From Abditibacteriaceae bacterium (GTDB taxonomy: Bacteria > Armatimonadota > Abditibacteriia > Abditibacteriales > Abditibacteriaceae), in contig JANPJS010000079.1 in NCBI GenBank assembly GCA_031425655.1, positions 1 through 11,456 on the forward strand: a stretch of 11,456 bases of DNA. Reading direction: 5' to 3'. The position numbers and the translations under genes are program-made. Shown piece by piece: positions 6,278 to 11,456 of this stretch. Every line of letters starts with the position of its first letter. Within the stretch, counting starts at the first letter, position 1. A model generated the notes under the pieces. It was not told the origin of the DNA and made no database searches. It was given only the letters and a program-made list of their open reading frames with translations.

Positions 6278-8080
6278 TCAAGGCAGTGGCGTCAGAAATT
6301 GAAGGTTGATCTCGATGACTTGGCCGAGGCCGATTCTGACGGCCTGTGGCCCCGGCGCCGGCAGTCCTCCGCCGTCTGTGGGGCGCAGGGCGAATAATTG
6401 ATACGCGCCGGGCGGCGCGCTGATGCGAAACGACCCGTCCTGATTGCTTACGGCACGCCCGACTTCTTTGCCGTCGCCGGTTTTTAGAATCAACCGCGCG
6501 CCGGCCAGCGGTTGAACTATATCCAGAGGCGGGATTCCCGGTTGCGGCGGAGCGCCGCCCATGAGTCGCTCCGTAACCTTGCCGCGCACGCCGCTTGCGA
6601 GTGGCGGCGAGGTGCCCGACACCACTTTGAAGGGCGCGCTGCTGGCCGTTTGGTATTCGCCGTCGGGCTGGCCCTTGGCATCTAACGGCACGAACGTTAG
6701 GTCGAGGCGGTAGTCGCCCGGCTCGAAATTCGCGGGCGGCGGGTAAATCAGGATTACGGCTTGCGGCAGCGAAACGCTGAGCCTCTCGCCGGCTTTGATA
6801 ATCACCCTCTGTGTCGGCGACAGCAAGAGGCAGGGCGCCGTCATTTTCCAGCCCTCGCTGGTGCGGCGCATCAGTTTGAGAATAGTGCAGAATGATTCGT
6901 GATCGGCAGTCTGGATGTCAGCATTCGACTCGTTTAGCACGGTCGCCTGAATTATATCCGTAGTTTGATAAACCGCCTTGTCCGTCGTGATGCTGACGCT
7001 GCCATCGGTAGGCGGCTCGGACGCCACGCGAAACGGGATCGAATAGATCGTTATCGCTTTGGCGTTGGGCGCGTTGAGGGGCTTGGTCCGAAAGTAATCG
7101 AGCGCCAAACGATAAGTTCCGGGCGGCGCCACCGCGCCCTGAGAAAACTGCAAGGCCACACGGCGCGTTTCGCCGAGGCCGATTTCCTGAAGCAGAGCCG
7201 GGCGAAGAAGGGGACAGAGAAATTGGGTTGTCCACGCCTCGCCGGCGCGCTTTTGCAATTGCACGATGGTGCAAAGTGACCTTTCATCGAAGGCGTAAAT
7301 CGTTTGCCTCGTCTTGTTTTCAATAATCGCCGTGATCGTCGCGCCGACCGGATACAGTGCGTGATCGGAGGCGATAGTGACCTCGCCCGATGGCGGTGGC
7401 GGCGGTGGCGGCAGAGTCAGCACGCCGTCCAGATGCGCGCGATAAAGCGGCAGCGGCGAGGCGCTTTTCGTGTTCAAATCCGCCGAAAAGCTAACGTGCA
7501 GCGAACCGCGCGGTGTGAAGACCGGAGGCATCGGGGGCGGTTCTGTGGGCGGGCCGGGCTTTGGCGAAATCACCGGCGGCTCCAATGGCGAACCGCCGCC
7601 ACTTTGGCTGGAGCCGTCCACCGCAATCGGCCCGTCAAAAGCCTCGAATACGCCTTCGAGATGGCCGGGACGGCGCGATTTTTCACCGTCACCGCGCTGC
7701 GCGGTCAGACCGGTAATGCCGCGTAATTGCCCGCTGAACAAAGGCTTGCCTTCGGGTGACAGCAGTTGCGCGAAGCCGTTAAAACGGCCCACGCCGTCTT
7801 TTCCGGCGATAATCTGAAAGTTGTCGCTGACCAGACGGCAACCATCGGGGAAGAATTTCGCCGTGCCGTCGCTGCCTTTATTCGAGCGCAGCGTCAAGCG
7901 CAATTTGCCGGGCAAAATGGGGCCGCTGCCGTCTTTGGAAAAGACCCGATGGCGCACCGGTGCCGGGTCTGGCGGAGGCAAATAGTCCGGATCGGGTTTC
8001 GTGTCGGCTCCGGCCCAATTTGGCGCGCCCAGCGTTAGAGCCGTCAACAACAGACTCCACAGTTTCAGAGTGTTTTTCAT
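6278..8080 (-). CDS. Secreted Pro-rich multidomain protein: two tandem Ig-like domains and a C-terminal carboxypeptidase-regulatory-like domain, ~600 aa
   Basis: SD GAGGAG 6 nt before ATG 8080. Sec-type signal peptide MKNTLKLWSLLLTALTLGAPNWAGA and poly-Pro linkers. Two similar ~120-aa domains end in PGxYRL. C-terminal GVRGKV...LAGARL...SNQDGSFRISAPPGAYQL. Confidence 0.75.
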   Translation of the reverse strand: MKNTLKLWSLLLTALTLGAPNWAGADTKPDPDYLPPPDPAPVRHRVFSKDGSGPILPGKLRLTLRSNKGSDGTAKFFPDGCRLVSDNFQIIAGKDGVGRFNGFAQLLSPEGKPLFSGQLRGITGLTAQRGDGEKSRRPGHLEGVFEAFDGPIAVDGSSQSGGGSPLEPPVISPKPGPPTEPPPMPPVFTPRGSLHVSFSADLNTKSASPLPLYRAHLDGVLTLPPPPPPPSGEVTIASDHALYPVGATITAIIENKTRQTIYAFDERSLCTIVQLQKRAGEAWTTQFLCPLLRPALLQEIGLGETRRVALQFSQGAVAPPGTYRLALDYFRTKPLNAPNAKAITIYSIPFRVASEPPTDGSVSITTDKAVYQTTDIIQATVLNESNADIQTADHESFCTILKLMRRTSEGWKMTAPCLLLSPTQRVIIKAGERLSVSLPQAVILIYPPPANFEPGDYRLDLTFVPLDAKGQPDGEYQTASSAPFKVVSGTSPPLASGVRGKVTERLMGGAPPQPGIPPLDIVQPLAGARLILKTGDGKEVGRAVSNQDGSFRISAPPGAYQLFALRPTDGGGLPAPGPQAVRIGLGQVIEINLQFLTPLP

Positions 8081-8210
8081 GGTTTTCTCCTCAAGTTTCA
8101 CAACTTAGTCAACTTAGATTGGATGTCCGTTAACAAGTTGTAGAACACTTCAGCCAATATATGCGCTTGCCGGTTTCGCTCTAAAGTCAAACCGGCGCGG
8201 CGAAACGCAC

Positions 8211-8219
8211 TGGTATAAT
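8211..8219 (+). promoter_or_regulatory. Extended -10 promoter element (TGnTATAAT) for serC
   Basis: TGGTATAAT at 8211-8219, 10 nt before the serC ATG. Confidence 0.65.
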
Positions 8220-8229
8220 CCCTTGCGTT

Positions 8230-9312
8230 ATGGCACGAATTTATAATTTCAGCGCGGGGCCGGCGACTTTGCCCCTTCCGGTTTTAGAACAAGTTGCACG
8301 CGAAATGGTCGAGCTTCCCGGTGCGGGCGCTTCGATCATGGAAATCAGCCATCGCTCGAAGAAATTCGACGAAATCATCGCCGGAGCCGAAGCCGGACTG
8401 CGCGAACTGCTCGGTTTGCCCGCGAATTATCACGTTTTGTTTTTGCAGGGCGGCGCCAGTTTGCAGTTCGCGATGGCGCCGATGAACCTGCTGGCAGGCG
8501 GCAAAAAGGCCGATTTTCTTATCACCGGCGCGTGGGGCCAGAAAGCACTCAAAGACGCGCAGAAATTCGGCAATGTGCGCGTCGCGGCCAACACCAAAGA
8601 CACCAATTTCACGCGCGTGCCGACCGCCGATGAGATTTCGCTCGACCCCGACGCCGAATACGTTCACATCACGACCAATGAAACGATTCAGGGCGTGGAA
8701 TGGCCGCGCGAACCGGAAACCAACGGCGTGCCGATTGTCGCCGATGCTTCGTCGGATATTCTCAGCCGCCCAATAGATGTTGAAAAATACGGTTTGATTT
8801 ACGCCGGCGCGCAGAAAAACATTGGCCCTTCGGGTGTCACGCTGGTGATTTTGCGCGACGACTTGCTGCAAAAATGCGCCGGCGACTTGCCTGCCATGCT
8901 CGATTATCGCGTGCAAGCCGAAAACAAATCGCTTTACAATACGCCGAATACTTTCGGCATTTACGTGATAAATCTGGTCTGCGATTATCTCAAAACGCAA
9001 GGTGGATTGGCCGGAATGCAGGCGAAGAACGAAGCCAAAGCGAAGGTGCTTTACGATGTAATTGACGGCACCAATTTCTATACCGGCCACGCCGAGGTTG
9101 GCAGTCGCAGCCAGATGAACGTGACCTTTCGTTTGCCTTCGGAAGAATTGGAAAAGCGCCTCGTAGACGAAGCCAAAGCCGCCGGCATGGTCGAACTGAA
9201 GGGCCATCGCAGTGTCGGCGGCCTGCGCGCCTCGATTTACAACGCTTTTCCGCGCGAAGGCATCGTGGCATTGACGGAGTTTATGAAAGAGTTCGAGCGG
9301 CGCAACGGCTGA
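8230..9312 (+). CDS. serC: Phosphoserine aminotransferase
   Basis: Hallmark motifs YNFSAGPATLP, SIMEISHRS, LFLQGGASLQF, TTNETIQGVE, DASSDILS, the PLP-lysine motif YAGAQKNIGPSG, SLYNTP, RSQMNVTF and LKGHRSVGGLRASIYNA; 360 aa. Confidence 0.98.
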   Translation: MARIYNFSAGPATLPLPVLEQVAREMVELPGAGASIMEISHRSKKFDEIIAGAEAGLRELLGLPANYHVLFLQGGASLQFAMAPMNLLAGGKKADFLITGAWGQKALKDAQKFGNVRVAANTKDTNFTRVPTADEISLDPDAEYVHITTNETIQGVEWPREPETNGVPIVADASSDILSRPIDVEKYGLIYAGAQKNIGPSGVTLVILRDDLLQKCAGDLPAMLDYRVQAENKSLYNTPNTFGIYVINLVCDYLKTQGGLAGMQAKNEAKAKVLYDVIDGTNFYTGHAEVGSRSQMNVTFRLPSEELEKRLVDEAKAAGMVELKGHRSVGGLRASIYNAFPREGIVALTEFMKEFERRNG

Positions 9313-9344
9313 TTCACCGCCGAGAGCGCAGAGGACGCGGAGAA
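9313..9344 (+). repeat. Short tandem 9-mer repeat (CGCNGAGRR x3), preceded by TTCAC
   Basis: CGCCGAGAG-CGCAGAGGA-CGCGGAGAA at 9318-9344 fills the serC-to-next-gene spacer. Confidence 0.6.
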
Positions 9345-9349
9345 ATTTT

Positions 9350-10090
9350 ATGAGAGCAATCGTTACGGGTTTGATTTTGGGTTTGCTGTTCGTTCCAGCG
9401 TTCGGCGCGCCGCGCCAAGTTGTCAAATCACGCGCGAAAGCGGCGCCGACTAAATCCACTGTGAAGAAGCAAACTCCGCCGCCGGGCATGATGGCAGCGC
9501 CGTTTGCACTGCCAGCACCAAAGTCACGCGGCTCGATTCGCGGCCCAGTTTTTCTGCCGAAGGGCGCGAAAAACGTCGCGCTCAATAGGCCCGTTACGTC
9601 CAGTGGCTGGGCTGCCTTCGGTGGGGGATTGCCGCAGATTGTGGATGGCGTGAAAGCGAGTTTCTACGGAAATGGAGTGACGTTGAATCAAAATAGTCCA
9701 CAATGGGTGCAGATTGATTTGCAGCGTCCGTTTATCATCCACGGCATTTTGGTCTGGCACAATTTCTTTGAGCCGCGAATTTATCGTGACGTGATAGTTC
9801 AACTGGCGGACAATGCCGATTTCACGTCGAATGTTCGCACGGTTTTCAACAACGACCGCGATAATTCTTCAGGGCTTGGCGCCGGCAAAGATCAGGACTA
9901 TTTAGAGGATTTTCAGGGGCACTGGATACCGATTAAGTCACAAACTGCAACGTATGTTCGGCTTTACAGCCGGGGCAGTAATGTTGACCCAAATAGTAAC
10001 GAATACGCCGAAGTCGAAGTGTGGGCCACGCTCAAGCCGGGCATGATGGAGGCGCCTTTCGTGTTGCCGCCGCCATCTTATTTAGGTTGA
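9350..10090 (+). CDS. Secreted discoidin/F5-8 type C (galactose-binding-like) domain protein, 246 aa
   Basis: Signal peptide MRAIVTGLILGLLFVPAFGA and a basic/Pro linker. Motifs NVALNRPVTSS, IVDG, QWVQIDL, ATYVRL and EVEVW are typical of F5/8C-like folds. Confidence 0.8.
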   Translation: MRAIVTGLILGLLFVPAFGAPRQVVKSRAKAAPTKSTVKKQTPPPGMMAAPFALPAPKSRGSIRGPVFLPKGAKNVALNRPVTSSGWAAFGGGLPQIVDGVKASFYGNGVTLNQNSPQWVQIDLQRPFIIHGILVWHNFFEPRIYRDVIVQLADNADFTSNVRTVFNNDRDNSSGLGAGKDQDYLEDFQGHWIPIKSQTATYVRLYSRGSNVDPNSNEYAEVEVWATLKPGMMEAPFVLPPPSYLG

Positions 10091-10096
10091 ATACTA

Positions 10097-10130
10097 CAAA
10101 GGGCGCAGAGGATTTTCTCTGCGCCCTTTG
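10097..10130. terminator. Bidirectional intrinsic terminator between convergent genes
   Basis: Perfect 14-bp stem CAAAGGGCGCAGAG-gatttt-CTCTGCGCCCTTTG, 6 nt after the stop at 10090. Confidence 0.8.
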
Positions 10131-10203
10131 CTTTGGGGGCTGTGATTACTGATCTTCGTCGTGTGACGACGGACGTCGCTTATTTTCTATCAATAAATCT
10201 TCA

Positions 10204-10491
10204 TCAGGCAATTCCACTAATTGCAACCAACAGCAAAAAAGAAAAGAGGGCGACACCAAGAATAAGGCTGAACAACAACATTGTGTCTTCGAGAGTTAGC
10301 CAAGAAATAAGCTTTTGATATTTGTTAGCGAGCCTGTAGAACGTCGTATTGCTCATCCCAATGATCTGAAGCTGCTCAGGCAGAGAACTATCCTGATCAC
10401 TCCGAGCAGGCAAGGTTTCATGGCAGACATGGCAAATCACTGTTTCTTGTGAAATGCTGGCGCCGCAGTAAGGACAGGGTAGCTTATCCAT
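10204..10491 (-). CDS. Small zinc-ribbon protein with C-terminal transmembrane helix, 95 aa
   Basis: CPYC-x10-CHVC at the N-terminus and hydrophobic MLLFSLILGVALFSFLLLVAISGIA at the C-terminus. Confidence 0.7.
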   Translation of the reverse strand: MDKLPCPYCGASISQETVICHVCHETLPARSDQDSSLPEQLQIIGMSNTTFYRLANKYQKLISWLTLEDTMLLFSLILGVALFSFLLLVAISGIA

Positions 10492-10652
10492 TTCTTGAGT
10501 ATATGTATTCCCTTCGCTCTTTATACGCTAAATTGTTTCATCTCCACGCCGCAGGCAAATTGCGCGAATGGCGTTTTCACGCCGAAGATAGGGACAATGC
10601 GCCATGTTCATGCCCATCGTGAGAAACAGCGCTCGTCGCAGCCAAATTTCCA

Positions 10653-11135
10653 TCATGATTTGGAACTTCTTGAAATGCCTCGCAGCATAGAAAACATTCC
10701 GCAGCCGACTAAAATAAGCAGAATCACTAAGAGCGTGGTATCGTGCAGCATTTCATAAAGATAAACATTGCCTGTGCCGTAACCTTTGAGCCGCGCCGCG
10801 CCGGGAATGGCCCGCGAATACTCGATGGAAACCGGCATTTGAGGCTTGAATCGCGCTAAATCGCCGGGCGGAACGACTTGCTCGCGCGTAAAACTGCCCG
10901 CATTGCCGTTGTGAGGAAAACCCGGCGCATCGTAGCTGAAAGTCACGACGCTGGAACCGGCGCCCACCGCCGAAGGCCCGACAGCAACGACTTTCCCGGT
11001 CGCACTTACGGTATCGCTGCGCAGGCTTTGCGAAAAGCCGCTTTTGGATTTCAAGGCGGCGACGAGGAGCGGACTGAGCAGAATCAAGAGAATCATCAGC
11101 GCGGGAAGGAAGACAAACGGAAGACGTTTCAGCAT
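10653..11135 (-). CDS. Two-TM membrane protein, DUF3592-like, 160 aa
   Basis: N-terminal TM, then a beta-rich segment (VSATGKVV...VTFSY...VSIEYSRAIPGAARL), then a C-terminal TM. Confidence 0.7.
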   Translation of the reverse strand: MLKRLPFVFLPALMILLILLSPLLVAALKSKSGFSQSLRSDTVSATGKVVAVGPSAVGAGSSVVTFSYDAPGFPHNGNAGSFTREQVVPPGDLARFKPQMPVSIEYSRAIPGAARLKGYGTGNVYLYEMLHDTTLLVILLILVGCGMFSMLRGISRSSKS

Positions 11136-11216
11136 GGTTTAGACCTGTGCGAAAGTATCAGCCGCATCATGGTCAGCCGCAACATTGCAGTTTGAGGCAG
11201 TGACTCAGTAGAAAGC

Positions 11217-11274
11217 GGGGCTGACGCCTCCTTCCAATCCATAGAGGTTGCGATTGGAAGAGGGCTATCGCCCC
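11217..11274. repeat. REP-like doublet / long imperfect hairpin
   Basis: GGGGC-TGAC-GCCTC (11217-11230) and AGGGC-TATC-GCCCC (11261-11274) flank a perfect 9-bp inverted repeat, CTTCCAATC (11231-11239) / GATTGGAAG (11252-11260). Confidence 0.6.
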
Positions 11275-11321
11275 ATGGCATTAAGTTAAGGCGCTGTTAA
11301 AGAGCAGTTTCGCTGCTCAAG

Positions 11322-11456
11322 GAAACCCCCAACCCCCTTGGTAAGGGGGCTATCGAATACTTGGTAGGAAAACGCAAAACGCATTAGCACCCAATATTTT
11401 TTGACTATTCGACCAAGTTATTCAGTAGCCCCCTTACCAAGGGGGTTGGGGGTTTC
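11322..11456. repeat. REPIN/MITE-like element with perfect 31-bp inverted repeats
   Basis: GAAACCCCCAACCCCCTTGGTAAGGGGGCTA (11322-11352) is the exact reverse complement of 11426-11456. Pairing continues imperfectly inward (GAATACTTGGT / ACCAAGTTATTC). Each arm holds a CCCCCTT-N3-AAGGGGG mini-hairpin. Confidence 0.8.

Noticed and set aside
8284..9585. 433-aa minus-strand ORF
   Set aside because: Antisense shadow of serC with no recognisable motifs; expected in GC-rich DNA.
11129..11281. 50-codon minus-strand ORF (MPWGDSPL...SKPC) overlapping the DUF3592-like start, including an imperfect 15-nt tandem repeat at 11158-11187
   Set aside because: It runs through REP-like repeats, has no SD and shows no protein-like features; probably chance.

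Overview
GC-rich bacterial window. Left: the 3' part of an atypical SDR oxidoreductase gene and a ribonuclease-inhibitor-type LRR gene (+) converge, with a 9-nt gap, on a tightly coupled three-gene minus-strand operon: LRV/HEAT-like repeat protein, MoxR-like AAA+ ATPase, and HExxH-peptidase/vWA (DUF2201-like) protein. Upstream of that operon lies what looks like a self-contained, unannotated ~215-nt minus-strand transcript. It has a near-consensus sigma70 promoter, a very strong Shine-Dalgarno with a 13-codon ATT-start micro-ORF, a multi-stem fold supported by strand-specific G-U pairs, and an intrinsic terminator. Then come a secreted Pro-rich multidomain protein (-), serC (+), a secreted discoidin/F5-8C-like protein (+), a bidirectional terminator, two small membrane-protein genes (-) and a cluster of REP/REPIN-like inverted repeats at the right end. 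The most interesting items are the candidate structured RNA/micro-peptide unit (5990-6245) and the repeat-protein/MoxR/vWA-peptidase module. All family calls come from motif recognition by eye; no searches were run.
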